Shown piece by piece: positions 1 through 14,427 of a DNA stretch of 64,000 nt. The position numbers and the translations under genes are program-made. The notes beneath the pieces are model-generated. The model made no database searches. It saw nothing but the letters and a program-made list of their open reading frames with translations, and was not told the origin of the DNA. How positions within the stretch are numbered: the stretch's first letter is position 1; every line of letters begins with the position of its first letter. Source of the DNA: Lytechinus pictus (taxonomy: Eukaryota); contig NC_087251.1 in NCBI RefSeq assembly GCF_037042905.1, positions 40,426,001 through 40,490,000 on the forward strand. The letters are read 5' to 3'.

Positions 1-284
1 TGTATAATGAACAACGATACCCACCTCATTTTAATCCAAATCTCCTTCAATCCATCGGTTAATTTTGGAATTTGCTACGCCTTGTCCGCCAAAATTAATA
101 TACACGTCAATCAAAATAAAGTCAGCTACCAAATTGAGGTGTTCCGTTCATGTGAAACTGTGATATTACCTTCCACAATATTGGTTGTCAGGGATAATCT
201 GATCCTAATCCATAGGTTAAGAACAAGGTTTTACATCGTCATTGTTGTTTTTCCAATACCCCTAACGACCTTTTCTCCTAAATG

Positions 285-670
285 TATTCGATTGGTCTAC
301 AAGCTGTTGGTCTACCTTTCAGACCTCTCTTCTAATTGCCGTTTGGTGTATGCTACACTTGGTTTAATACACGCTTAGTCTAATATTCATTTAGTCTAAT
401 AATCATTTAGTCTAATGCCCAGTTGGTCTAATTTTCACTTCGGATGCCTGTTATTTGTCAATTGAAAATTTGGTTCACAGATAATTTAACCATAGATAAT
501 TAGTGGTGTTAGACCAAGTAGATATTGGATAAAATGAGTATAGCATAGCATAACTGGAAATTAGACAAACAAGTAAATGGCAATTAGACCAAATGGTTAT
601 TAGACGAACTGGGATTAGACCATGTGGGATGAGACCATGAGTAGAGTATATGAAGTGGGTGTTAACCAAT
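285..670. repeat. degenerate palindromic MITE-like repeat built from short subrepeats
   Basis: Left half has repeated TGGTCTA/TAGTCTAAT. Right half has the inverted TTAGACCA/ATTAGAC repeats. Confidence 0.5.
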
Positions 671-1134
671 TTATATTCTAATAAAGTATATCATAATGAG
701 GAACAAGGCCTGAATAAAAGAAATAAAAAAGACAAATCATAATGCAGTCATCATTAAATGATACGTCATTTCAGGCCCGAATTTCAGGGTGCCCCCATCC
801 CCCAAAAAATTGCACCTCTGACAAGTTTGTATGCAGTACTTCTGTGTGCTCTGCACTGTCTAGCATTTAAAATAAGAGTCTTTAATCATCCAGAATCTGA
901 ACAGAGAATTCCCTGATCTGACCAGTAAAATCTCCATGACCTAACCAAGCTCATCAAATCATAACATTGAGAAAGTTACATCAGCGTTTGATAGTCCGTT
1001 CCAAGTTTGCTCATGTAAAATGCACACGGATGGGTTGAACAGGCCATGCCAGTTTCCTACCTGAATCAATGTTTCTCTTCAACAACTGGATTATTGGATT
1101 GGTAAAGGCTTGCTGGGGAAGTTTCATAATATTA

Positions 1135-1330
1135 AAAATACAATTTTTTTGCTTTCACTTAGTAAATAAGATCGCATTGATCGATCACATGTACTGAGGG
1201 AATTGTTCATATTTTATCATTATTATGCCTAGTGGTAGAGTCGCTGACCGGCAATCAGTAGATGACAAATTCATATCGATCAATGTGATCTTATTTAATG
1301 GGGGAAAGCCCAGTAATAACTGTATTATTG
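1135..1330. mobile_element. hairpin element end (Crypton-like non-autonomous architecture)
   Basis: Arms GCTTTCACTTAGTAAATAAGATCGCATTGATCGAT (1151-1185) and ATCGATCAATGTGATCTTATTTAATGGGGGAAAGC (1275-1309), followed by AATAACTGTATTATT. The family assignment is inference. Confidence 0.4.
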
Positions 1331-1689
1331 TATTCATTTCTGTTTTTCTTTTATTAAGTTACGGAGATGAAGTTGATTTACCTAGTTGATTTTAAAAAGT
1401 TCATTTCCACTTGCAAAGTTCCCTTTCCCTAAGTGTGATACACTTGTATAAAACAAATTTTCATGTTTCACAATCAATTTTTTTTTCTACCCATGTGAGC
1501 TTTACTCGTTTCTTCTGGCTTCTTCAGACACTTGTTGTTTGTCCACTATCCAGCTTATAAATGCTCGTCTATTTTCTTTCAGATGAGTTCACTGATTCCC
1601 CCATCAAAGATTAAAAAAATGCATACAAAGGGACATGCAATCTGCTATGTGTGACACACTATAAAAGAACCGAGTATCAGTCGAAGATC

Positions 1690-1966
1690 CACGGGGGGGG
1701 GGGGGCACATCCGGCCCGTGCCCCGCCCTTTCGAGAGCCATAGTCAATATTTTTAATGTAAATATGCCGTTCTTACACAGATAAGTGTGCCCCCTTGAAT
1801 GTTACAGCATATATTTTTAATTGCAATTTTTTGATGAGACACAAGTGATTCGTTTTGCTTGTCAATTTTTTTTCGTGGACGAAATGACCTTCAATTTTTG
1901 GTATAAACCTTTTTTTTATTTTTTATTGTCGAGTTTTCCTTTGGAAAATCCTGGATCCGCCCCTGG
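1690..1966. mobile_element. short interspersed DNA-element fragment (CAGGGGCGGATCCAGG-type end)
   Basis: Ends in CCTGGATCCGCCCCTG with G-run/C-run subterminal hairpins. A related end (CAGGGGCGGCGG...) lies at ~39834. Confidence 0.45.
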
Positions 1967-2974
1967 CGAGTATTATATTATTGTTATTATTATTTTCTTG
2001 CCCTTCTGAATTTAACCATGTTTATGATTTGATGAGCCTGGATGGATCAGAGAATGCTAGAGACAGCGCAGAAATACAGCAGTGCTACAAATTTTTAATG
2101 GGCTGAAATGCACCACTAAATAGTTCTGTATTCAATACCGCTGAAGCGAGAGCAATAAAATTTTCATAGAAGTTTAATAATGAAATAAACTTTCTAGCCT
2201 GTACTTAAAAAAAAAACATTTAATAAAGTGAGTCGTATGTCAGAAGGACATCTTTTTGGACGCACTGTATATTAGCGACTCCGTTATTTAGTTCATCTTT
2301 AAAAATAAAAATAAAAATGAAAATTGAAATCTGATTTTTATTTTGTTCCCATAATTCATCAAACAGTTTATATGATTAATAAATCCGACATTTTATAATG
2401 GGATTGAATTAGAGTAATAAAAAAAAAAGTGTTATTTCAAATCGAACAAATTATAAGAAAGTTTTTGGAGTTGAAAATTGAAATATTTGTAATTTGATTT
2501 GAACAAAAAAGTACGAAAAGGATGTGACACTATCACCCCACAATGATGTTATATGTTATGGCGTTAATACAGCCTCGTTCTCTCTATTTAAAAAAATGCA
2601 AAATGATGTAAAGTCCATATTTTCACCCGATTTAAAAATAATTCTTACTCTATATTATTTTGTTCATTCTAAACTTGATCTAAGGGTGGAGTTCTCTTTT
2701 AATGGTGACTCATAACTTTCAATATTTTGCCAAATACATGTAGTAAATTCAACTTTAGCCAGTGTACACCCTTGTCCTTCTCGTATCATATGTTTTATAC
2801 GTTGTTCCCACCCCCCCCCCCCAAAAAAAAAATAATAATATAAATAAAATAATAATTCCAAGCCCCCAAAAAGTCGCTGTGGGGGTAAGGTCCCTCTCCC
2901 CGGATCCTCCCGTTTTTACAGGATCCACACTTCAACAACTCACATCTATAGATCAACCATTTTCATCGTCTAAT

Positions 2975-2998
2975 TCTCTCTCTCTCTCTCTTTCTCAC

Positions 2999-3064
<66 letters not shown>

Positions 3065-3089
3065 AATAATATATATGTATGTCTGTCTG

Positions 3090-3162
<73 letters not shown>

Positions 3163-3185
3163 TTATTTATTTATTTATCTATCTA
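2975..3185. repeat. (CT)n and (TCTA)n microsatellite
   Basis: Direct inspection. Confidence 0.95.
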
Positions 3186-6083
3186 TATCCATCTCACACG
3201 CTCACACCCACTATCTCTCTGTTTCTATCTATCCATCTCACACCCACTATCTCCCTGTTTCTATCTATCCATCTCACACCCACTATCTCTCTGTTTCTTT
3301 CTATCCATCTCACACGCTCACACCCACTATCTCTCTGTTTCTATCTATCCATCTCACACACTCACACCCACTATCTCTCTGTTTCTATCTATCCATCTCA
3401 CACCCACTATCTCTCTGTTTCTATCTATCCATCTCACACGCTCACACCCACTATCTCTCTGTTTTTATCTATCCATCTCACACGCTCACACCCACTATCT
3501 CTCTGTTTCTATCTATCCATCTCACACACTCACACCCACTATCTCTCTGTTTCTATCTATCCATCTCACACGCTCACACCACTATCTCTCTGTTTCTATC
3601 TATCCATCTCACACGCTCACACCCACTATCTCTCTGTTTTTATCTATCCATCTCAGACGCTCACACCCACTATCTCTCTGCTTCTATCTATCCATCTCAC
3701 ACGCTCACACCCACTATCTCTCTGTTTCTATCTATCCATCTCACACGCTCACACCCACTACCTCTCTGTTTCTATCTATCCATCTCACACGCTCACACCC
3801 ACTATCTCTCTGTTTCTATCTATCCATCTCACACCCACTATCTCTCTGTTTCTATCTATATCCATCTCACACGCTCACATCCACTATCTCTCTGTTTCTA
3901 TCTATCCATCTCACACGCTCACACCCACTATCTCTCTGTTTCTATCTATCCATCTCACACGCTCACACCCACTATCTCTCTGTTTTTATCTATCCATCTC
4001 ACACGCTCACACCCACTATCTCTCTGTTTTTATCTATCCATCTCACACGCTCACACCCACTATCTCTCTGTTTTTATCTATCCATCTCAGACGCTCACAC
4101 CCACTATCTCTCTGCTTCTATCTATCCATCTCACACGCTCACACCCACTATCTCTCTGTTTCTATCTATCCATCTCACACGCTCACACCCACTACCTCTC
4201 TGTTTCTATCTATCCATCTCACACGCTCACACCCACTATCTCTCTGTTTCTATCTATCCATCTCACACCCACTATCTCTCTGTTTCTATCTATATCCATC
4301 TCACACGCTCACATCCACTATCTCTCTGTTTTTATCTATCCATCTCAGACGCTCACACCCACTATCTCTCTGCTTCTATCTATCCATCTCACACGCTCAC
4401 ACCCACTATCTCTCTGTTTCTATCTATCCATCTCACACGCTCACACCCACTACCTCTCTGTTTCTATCTATCCATCTCACACGCTCACACCCACTATCTC
4501 TCTGTTTCTATCTATCCATCTCACACCCACTATCTCTCTGTTTCTATCTATATCCATCTCACACGCTCACATCCACTATCTCTCTGTTTTTATCTATCCA
4601 TCTCACACGCTCACATCCACTATCTCTCTGTTTCTATCTATCCATCTCACACGCTCACACCCACTATCTCTCTGTTTCTATCTATCCATCTCACACGCTC
4701 ACATCCACTATCTCTCTGTTTCTATCTATCTATCTCACACGCTCACACCCACTATCTCTCTGCTTCTATCTATCCATCTCACACGCTCACATCCACTATC
4801 TCTCTGTTTCTATCTATCCATCTCACACGCTCACACCCACTATCTCTCTGTTTCTATCTATCCATCTCACACGCTCACACCCACTATCTCTCTGCTTCTA
4901 TCTATCCATCTCACACGCTCACACCCACTATCTCTCTGTTTCTATCTATCCATCTCACACGCTCACATCCACTATCTCTCTGTTTTTATCTATCCATCTC
5001 ACACGCTCACACCCACTATCTCTCTGTTTCTATCTATCCATCTCACACGCTCACACCCACTATCTCTCTGTTTTTATCTATCCATCTCACACGCTCACAT
5101 CCACTATCTCTCTGTTTCTATCTATCTATCTCACACCCACTATCTCTCTGCTTCTATCTATCCATCTCACACGCTCACAACCACTATCTCTCCGTTTCTA
5201 TCTATCCATCTCACACGCTCACACCCACTATCTCTCTGTTTCTATCTATCCATCTCACACGCTCACACCCACTATCTCTCTGCTTCTATCTATCCATCTC
5301 ACACGCTCACACCCACTATCTCTCTGTTTCTATCTATCCATCTCACACGCTCACACCCACTATCTCTCTGTTTCTATCTATCCATCTCACACGCTCACAC
5401 CCACTATCTCTCTGTTTCTATCTATCCATCTCACACGCTCACACCCACTATCTCTCTATTTCTATCTATCAATCTCACACGCTCACATCCACTATCTCTC
5501 TGTTTCTATCTATCCATCTCACACGCTCACACCCACTATCTCTCTGCTTCTATCTATCCATCTCACACGCTCACACCCACTATCTCTCTGTTTCTATCTA
5601 TCAATCTCACACGCTCACACCCACTATCTCTCTGTTTCTATCTATCAATCTCACACGCTCACACCCACTATCTCTCTGCTTCTATCTATCCATCTCACAC
5701 GCTCACACCCACTATCTCTCTGTTTCTATCTATCCATCTCATACGCTCACATCCACTATCTCTCTGTTTCTATATATCTATCTCACTCGCTCACACCCAC
5801 TATCTCCCTGCTTCTATCTATCCATCTCACACGCTCACACCCACTATCTCTCTGTTTCTATCCATCCATCTCACACACTCTCATCCACTATCTCTCTGTT
5901 TCTATCTATCTATCTCACTCGCTCACACCCACTATCTCCCTGCTTCTATCTATCCATCTCACACGCTCACACCCACTATCTCTCTGTTTCTATCCATCCA
6001 TCTCACACACTCTCATCCACTATCTCTCTGTTTCTATCTATCCGTCTCACACGCTCACACCCACTGTCTCTCTATTTCTCTCT
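3184..6083. repeat. 44-bp minisatellite array (~2.9 kb)
   Basis: Unit CTATCCATCTCACACGCTCACACCCACTATCTCTCTGTTTCTAT, with 36-bp deletion variants. Confidence 0.97.
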
Positions 6084-7632
6084 CGTCCTCCTCATCATCT
6101 GTCGTGTTTTATTGGTGGTACTAGTGTTCTGTGTCCGTTCCGAGCATAGACTGAATACCATCAACCAGCTACTGACATTTTCCCCTTACTAGATTCCACT
6201 CACAGAGATGATCCCAGAAGGGTGGAGGTCAAGAGGTTAAAAGACAAAAAGAAGAACGGAAGGAGGATAGGACGAAAGAAGGAGAAAAGAACTGCATGAA
6301 GAAAAAATATGAAACATGAATGAAGAAAATAAAATCTTAACGAAAAGACGATGAAATTACGAAGAGAAGATTATACCCCCGTCAAATTGCAGGATGTTAT
6401 AACCCTTCCCGATCATGCCGATAATGAGATAAGGAGAAACGATAGCAATGTTAACTAAAATTCAATACATATAAATAAATACACATGAATAATGGTGCAA
6501 TGTGCAATGATCCATAAAAAGGGGGTGAATAATAAAATGAAGAAAAGTCATGAAGGAAAAAAGCATATTCGACATACAGCCATTTTTTCTATAGGCTTAG
6601 ATATCATAATATTTTGACAATCGAATTAATTTTTCATATCAGAAATCTTACAACAACAATAACAAAATAATGTATTGATAATGACTTCCTTGGCATCAAA
6701 ATAGGAATATGCCTAATTAAAAAATATAGCATATATTATTCGAGGAGCTAATGATTATACATAAGTATAATTATTTGATTAGTATTTTCTAGTTATTACA
6801 AATCTCCAGAAAAAAGTATAAATTCATTATAATTTCTCGATTGATTGGGGTAAAATGCGAAATTAATACTAATCTCAGGTCCTTGTATGGAAATACTAAA
6901 CTGTTGTACGTAACATGTATCCGAACTCAGAAACACCTGAATGAAATCTGCTTGAATTCTGAAAGACTTTATTGCAAGACCGCAAAAATTTTTGGCGAAT
7001 ACCTGCATGAGACGTGGCACGCAGGTAATATTGATTTAAATTTGAAAGGTTGATCTTGAAATAGTTTCATCTCCAGACGATTTTGCAGTATGGCGTCAGG
7101 AATGGGCAATGATACCCTTTCATGATGCCACCAAAAACACGCCATGTTGTCTCCTCATATCCTATGACACCATCTCACATAAGGCGCACAACCATGTCAG
7201 ATATTCGTGAATGTTGATGTAAAACGGTGACACCTCGTTTAATGTTTCCCGGTCTAAGGCCATCCACCGAAAACTATACCATCAATGTCAACATACACGA
7301 ATAGTACGAAAAACAACCCTATGCCTGTCAAAGTCCTGGGTTGCAGGGATGGCGACAAAACGATGTTTTAAAGTTATAACCTTTAATATTTATATACGCG
7401 GCTTGTTGTTTTACAAAATACAAGCGAAGGAATAAGATTGTTTCGTCCCATGTCAATAGAAGTATGACTGTAATCATGATAATCGTATTTAACCTGTTCA
7501 GTGTTATGCCTATTACCCTGCATTAACAAAAACGGGTAAAATGCATAGTGGTTGATTGAAAGTCCATTCTTTTGGTGCTCAAAGTAGCTGAATATATTTG
7601 GTTTACATGCATGTATTGTGTGTTTCCAGTAA

Positions 7633-7805
7633 TGGCGCAGTCACATTTACCCTACGGCGGCCGCACGGCGAGTCGAAAACAGTCGTTTTAATGTGTTTTG
7701 TATCGGGTTCATAATAGGTTGTTTGAATGAAAATTTAACAAAACGGCTGTTTTCGACTCGACGTACGACCGCCGTTGGCATAGTAGGGGAAATGCGACTG
7801 CAACA
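7633..7805. mobile_element. palindromic PIF/Harbinger-like MITE (degenerate copy)
   Basis: GCAGTCACATTT...CGGCGAGTCGAAAACAG / CTGTTTTCGACTCG...AATGCGACTGC. Same family as 42468-42627. Confidence 0.7.
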
Positions 7806-7842
7806 TTTAATACTAAGGAACAGATTTATTCTACGTTTCAAG

Positions 7843-9530
7843 AGATTGATTGATTGCTTTTATTTCTGCATTCAATGTATCGGATATAAGTTTACAAGGT
7901 AATATGTACAAATATACGTGTACATATAACAACTTGATAAAATAGTTGTAGTATAAGCATTATATCAATTATGTTTGTTTAAAATGTATTACTCATTACA
8001 CAAAGTGACAGTTTAAAAGAATGCAGGAGACCGCCATAGTGAGCAATTAAACTTGATATCGATGGTGGCCTTGTAAAAAAAGATACATGTATTTCTTCAT
8101 TCATCATCAAGTGGGTGCAATGCATTTGCAGGTGGAGTTGGTGTTTTAACTTAAAGAGTGTGATGCATAAGGTTGAATGGTGTTAAGATTACCTTTCAAA
8201 GGGTATATTTATTGTTGACCTTCACTTAATATTGTTTGGGCAATTATTCAAAATATCGGGACCATAATGTCGAATGGATTTATGGGTTATTAATAACTTG
8301 GGGTTAGTGAGATGGATGTTTCCAGATATACGGGTTGGATAGGAGTGGACAGACCTATTAAATCTGAACATATTATCAAAAGATGGAGTAAGTTGATTAT
8401 TGATATACTTAAACATAAAGATTGCTATTTGAATCGTATTCATATAAAAAAAATTGTTAATGTTTTAAGTTCATGAAACTGGGGGTCAGGGTGTTCTAAG
8501 TAATGTGATCCTGTATACATATGAACAGCTCTCATTTGTAGTTTGAAGATATAATTGAGTTAAAAAAACAAACACACAAATAGCCCAAACGGCCGGGCAT
8601 AACAGAATGTTATTATAAGGGAAGACTAAAGAATTGTACAATGTTTCATGAGGAAGAAGAAATTCATACTGAAAATAATCTCAATATTTTTTAAAACGCA
8701 GATTGTAACATGATGTATGTATATTGATTCCAGGTCCAAAATTAATCTATGATTTCACCTACGAGTTTTGAGTTATTTTCTGTACTTTTTCCGTCAATGT
8801 TACATGTAAATCGGTGTTATTTTTATGGGAATGATGTTTCTAAAATACAGTGTACATAAAATTGTCTTTTTTGTATTTATAGAAAGATTATTGGCTTTAA
8901 ACGTTTTTGATACGTTGCTGATACGCGATTAATTATTTGTTTAATGAATTAAGGTCTATGTGAGAATTAAATGTGTTTGCGTCGTCAGCAAATAAGAAAA
9001 ATAACGCCAAACAGTGGAAGTTTGGATAATGTCATCAACATAGAGTAAAAATGAAAGTGGGCCTATAATGGAACCTTGAGGAACACCGCAGCGAACAAAA
9101 AGAGAATTAGAATCATTATTGTTAAAAGTTATTATATTTAAATGAGCTTTAAACCATGAAAGAGCTTGACCTCGTATTTTGTGATGGTTGAGTTTGGAAA
9201 GTAAAATAACGTGGTTAAGGGTGTCAAATGCTTTAGGTTACAGAAAATACCAATTAAGTATTCTCAGCTAAACATCTGTAAGTTTGTCATTGGAAGTGAT
9301 GCCAAGTCTGTTGAGTTATTTTTCCTGAAGCTATATTGACTGCAGTTAAGAATGTTGTAATTGTTGATAAATTAAAAGTCTTATGTAAAAAAATTCAAGA
9401 ATTTTAGATATGCTTTGAAATAAAGAGATGGGACGATAATTACTGATTTCGTGAAGATCATCTTTTTAAAAGCATTTGATTGACTTTTGCTATCTTAAAT
9501 GAATCTTGGAAAACGCCTTGAGTTTAATAT
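7843..9530 (-). mobile_element. 5'-truncated, decayed CR1/L2-group (Crack-like) LINE with RT remnant and 3' tail
   Basis: The minus strand encodes RT motifs NYRPISL (~9420-9440), KAFDTLNH (~9210-9235), CGVPQGSIIGPLSFLLYVDDI (~9030-9092) and FLFADD (~8980-8998). The ORF2 C-terminal remnant is ORF 8222-8443. AATAAA plus a (CAAT)n tail lies at ~7843-7864. Confidence 0.88.
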
Positions 9531-10101
9531 GTAAGTCAGATTGTGATTTATTTGTTAAAGTAAAGACACTGAAAATAAATTATAAAGAAGAATAAAACAC
9601 GAATAGAATGGAGAAGGATTAATTTCTTATAAATGTGTGTGTCTTTGACATGAATTCATCCACATATTTCCACATGTCCTATTTTTTTTATTTACAAAAG
9701 AAAAACAAAGTTCCAAATTGGGGGAACTTCGCCCCCTTGGTGTGGCCACCATTTACCATATTAAAAGAGATCGAGTTTACTGTAATCTCTGACTCGGAAA
9801 CGTTTCGTGTCGGAGGCACGAATGCAAAAGGCTTTATAATCACACACCTTTTTGTACTTTAAGCCGCCTAGACACAACACCATTTTTAAACCTTCTAAGA
9901 CGATTATAAGATTATAAATCTATTTATATCACCATTTTCGCTATTTAGTACATTTCCTTGTAAACCAAAATAAAATGTTTCTCCCCATGTTTATTTCAGT
10001 TATCCGTGGGAAAAATCAAACATCGTTGAAATAGTCATTAGTCCCGGAGATGAAGGCTAAAACATTAACGGGTTTGTACTTTTGCATTTAATTTGGTCCA
10101 T

Positions 10102-11262
10102 TTAAGGTGAAGTAACCCAAGCAAAATAGCTTAGAATAAATAAAGGAGAATCAAACAAACACATTAAAAATATCATTAAAATAGGATGTAAAATAAAAAA
10201 AGTAATGACATTTTTTAGCTTCACTTACTTTAAAAGTCAAGCCCACCCCCAAAAGGTTGACTTGAGTCAATAGAGAAAAATCAAACATGGATCACGCTGA
10301 AAATTCCATAAAAAAATCGGATGTAAGTAAAATACAAAAGTTATGACATTTCATAGTTTTCCTTCTTTTTCACAAAATATGCACAGCTGAGTTGTATTCA
10401 AATGAGAGAGTCAATGTTATACACTTTTCAATTGCTTTTTTTTTTATTGTTTGAATTTATAGAATATTTCAATTTTTACAGATTTGACAACAAAGATTTT
10501 ATTGATTGAACCGCGAAATGTTAAAACAAATATTTCCATATGTTCAGAGAGGAAAAAAATTATATTCGCATGGCAGTGAGGAGAGAATGAAGATATTCCA
10601 TGTGATAAAATACAAAAGAAAGAGTGATTGGTGATATCATCGGTACCCTCGTTTGCATACCCGGCCGACAAGGATGTGCAAAGTATTTTGTTAAATTAAG
10701 CGAAACTTTGAAATGTCACAATCTTCTTATTTTGAATCAGATTTTGATAAAATTTTCAGTGTTATTCAAATAAACTTTTTGTTGGGTTGGACTTGTCTTT
10801 TAACAAAACAGCTATTATGCATATACTGGTCGGTATGAGGAATCTGAATTGCCATCCACTCAATTTATTTTCTTTTGTATTTGATTATAAGATATATGTC
10901 ATTTTAATTTTTCTTTATTTAAACGTGGAAACAATGTTTGGTTCCTTCCTGAACATGTGAAAACGCAATTGTTGTAACTTATTGTTACTCAATGAAAAAT
11001 TCCTTAATATCAACTCTGAAAATAGAATATACTATATTATGTATTCATGTGATGAAATGCAAAAAAAAAGGTGTTTCACATTACTCATTCTTTCATCATT
11101 TTTGATGGGCATAGAGCTGATTTTTTTATAAGCAAAACTTTAAAATGTCATGACTTCTTATTTAACACCTGATATGATGAAATTGTAAGTATTGTGGTTG
11201 TTTGATTTTCTCCATTTCGTTGAAATGAAATTTTAGCTGAGTTTATGGACCTGACCTTTGAA
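10102..11262. mobile_element. TTAA-flanked Kolobok-like MITE (outer, older copy)
   Basis: Starts TTAAGGTGAAGT and ends ...GGACCTGACCTTTGAA. Family subterminal motifs (GAAAAATCAAAC, AAAGTTATGACATTT) occur inverted at both ends. Interrupted by the inner copy. Confidence 0.6.
10230..10803. mobile_element. TTAA-flanked Kolobok-like MITE nested in a related copy
   Basis: TTAAAAGTCAAGCCCACCCC...GGGTTGGACTTGTCTTTTAA, with TTAA on both sides. Confidence 0.75.
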
Positions 11263-13135
11263 TAACTTGTACAATCAAGCAGGGGCGTGAAAGGGGATGG
11301 GACGAGGACCAATTATTTTTTCTTCTCAATTGAATCGCGGGTATCGTCCTTTACCTCTCTTTTCGATGTTTTCCTCCCCCCCTCTTTTTTTTTCTTACCA
11401 CTACCATTAAAAATCATAGGATGGATGGTCGCCTGCTGCCACCCCCCCCCCGGAGCACCGCCTGTGCAATCAAACACAATGAAATAATGGTATTCACATG
11501 AATCTGCCATCCAGCCAACGCGATCTAAAGCAACCAAGGCGACGAAATGTATTTGAATTCTATAGAAGAAAGTCGGTTGGTTCAGTTGCTTTCTGCATTT
11601 CCAGTCTCTTAGGTGTGAAAGAATTCTTTATTCAACCCTCGAATGTAACCAGGAGTAGCCTCTCAGGTAGTGTCAGGAATTCATCATGTTTGACTAAGAG
11701 CATATTTATTGAGTAATCGTGCTTTATTCTTCATGTTTGCTCTCCCCAAAAAGATTTCAGGTTCGCTGACCGAGTTCTGCAATTGTCCTTCTTCATTCAG
11801 CAGGGATAGAAAGAAAATCTATAGGATTAACCCACGCCAAACTGTCACTCCGATTTTGTCGGGTGCGTTAACCACGTGATCTCTGTCTCTGACGTACAGA
11901 TGGGAGCTTTGGGGCCGTGAACCCCCAAAAATGTGCACGACCAATGAAACAAGGAGAAAGGGGAAGGAAAAGCAGTGAGACATAACATTATTCTCTGAAT
12001 ATCATGTTAAAATTTGTCAAAAATTAGATTATTGAAAGTGTAAAAAAAAAATGCTAGCAATTTATGAATTTTGCTCACTACGCCAGTGCCTGGCCCCTAA
12101 TTATGCTACTGATCGCTGTAATAGACCCTAAACGCTATGATATCCGTCAATTACATAATAAGGATGTTCACAATACTTCATTTCTTCTTCATTTTATTTT
12201 GAAAAAAAAAATCATCCGAAAATCTTAGCTCGGAGTGACATGTGATGATATGTATTAACGTCGATGTAGATCACATCATCTTAGCATTTTTCATTTGATT
12301 ATTTGCTCTGTTTTTGTTAAGGGTTTGGAGAGTTGACAATTGTATTAACCTTTCGAAACTTTGTATATTATGTTACATAACTTGAACACGTGACGTTAAT
12401 GATTGTTCGAAATGAAACCACATAGTTAGTCGATCTATGCATAGTATTTGGAATATATTTGAGCATATGGTTTTATGGCTTCTCTTAGCATTAATTGTTT
12501 TCCTCTCTTTTGTCAAAAGCTTTAAGAATTCGCATTGGTGCATATAATTCATAATTTCACGAAATGAATATAACTGTATGACTTGATCACGTGACCTGAG
12601 TGATTGCATAATAGTTCAAACTAAACCCATATAGTGTTGAAACATATTTTATCTGTTCAAAAATATACCTCCCTTTAAACTATTAAAATGGCCCAGGAAT
12701 GAGCCCAGGGATTCATACGATATAAACCTTGAAAAGTAGGGTGTTATTAAACCATGAAAGAAACGAAAGAATGATAGTCTTCGAATATTATAAATTCTTC
12801 CGTCGTATATATAACTTCTCATAAGTAAGTTGAAGCCTTTATTATTATTATTATTATTATCTATTATTATCATACACCACAATTTAGGTGTGTCTATGTT
12901 GATATGTTTACATAGTTTCCTAAAAGGAAAAGATTACAGTTGAATATAATTTTTTTTAATTATTTCAATGGTTTGTCAATTTTTTCTGCAGGTGTTTCTG
13001 CATTTTAAAAAAATATAAATCAATAATGAATTAACATGTCCACATAATAACACAGATATAAATGAATACATTTTTAATGTGACTATCGAAGGGATAAATA
13101 ATACTGATAAAGACTGATAATTAAATTATACATAA

Positions 13136-13980
13136 TACATTGTGATATGGTAAGTTCAGTAAAATACAGGGGTCAGCAATTTTAATCACAAAATATGTTA
13201 GAAATTATATAGCAGCCAGGAGAGAGGGCTTCATGAAAACCATCATTAAATATATTTTGACAAAATGATGTTACGAAATTTAAAAAAAATATTGAAAATT
13301 AGAAACTCGGTTGGGAAGAATATGAAATTGATTTTGGTAAAAAGAAGTGCAAGTGCATGCACGTGGGTCAGTGCAGGTGATAGAATTATGTATACTTAGA
13401 AGTAAGAAACTTTAATTACAGGTATACATTCTACGATGGTATAAATTCATTTTAATTCCGAAAATATGCCAAACATTTTAGAGAGGGGAAACATTGCGGA
13501 TGGGCCACAGTTCTTAAAAGTTAACGAGCGATCAAGAATTTTCAACTTTTTTTTAAAAAATACATTGTGATATGGTAAGTTCAGTAAAATACAGGGGTCA
13601 GCAATTTTAATCACAAAATATGTTAGAAATTATATAGCAGCCAGGAGAGAGGGCTTCATGAAAACCATCATTAAATATATTTTGACAAAATGATGTTACG
13701 AAATAAAAAAAAAAAATTGAAAATTAGAAACTCGGTTGGGAAGAATATGAAATTGATTTTGGTAAAAAGAAGTGCAAGTGCATGCACGTGGGTCAGTGCA
13801 GGTGATAGAATTATGTATACTTAGAAGTAAGAAACTTTAATCACAGGTATACATTCTACGATGGTATAAATTCATTTTAATTCCGAAAATATGCCAAACA
13901 TTTTAGAGAGGGGAAACATTGCGGATGGGCCACAGTTCTTAAAAGTTAACGAGCGATCAAGAATTTTCAACTTTTTAAAA
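13136..13980. repeat. near-identical 425-bp tandem duplication
   Basis: TACATTGTGATATGGTAAG... starts at both 13136 and 13561. The copies differ mostly in homopolymer runs. Confidence 0.93.
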
Positions 13981-14427
13981 AGAAAATCAATTTTGTGATA
14001 GATTTTGACATAATATTCATAAATTGCTATCAAATTTTCCCTTTTCAATGGTTCCTCCCCTTTCTTATTATTTTTTCTAATTTTTCCACGGTCGTGAAGG
14101 GATCCAGTGCCCCAACGTCCCCCCTCCCATCTACTCTAGATGTCATCTTCATCGAACCAGAAATAACACAGTATATTTTCATCACTTTTAAATTTGTTCA
14201 GGTTTATGATATCAAATGATCATTACCCCCTTTGGAATTTCTAGAATTTATTTTTACGAACTTGATGTCCAACGAACAATTGCTGGCGAAAGTAAGAGAT
14301 GCTGTGTAAAGAGACTGGAATTACTGCTATAAAAGGATATGATCCAATAAAGGATCCATACATCTCTGACGATCCTACCGTCACACCGAAGAAACCGGCC
14401 GATGAAACGCCATTCGAAATAGCGTAA

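Noticed and set aside
2762..6192. Three ORFs of more than 1000 aa on the + strand
   Set aside because: Translations of the 44-bp minisatellite. All frames are open only because the unit has no stop codon.
8222..8443. 73-aa ORF as a host gene
   Set aside because: It is the C-terminal remnant of the decayed LINE ORF2.
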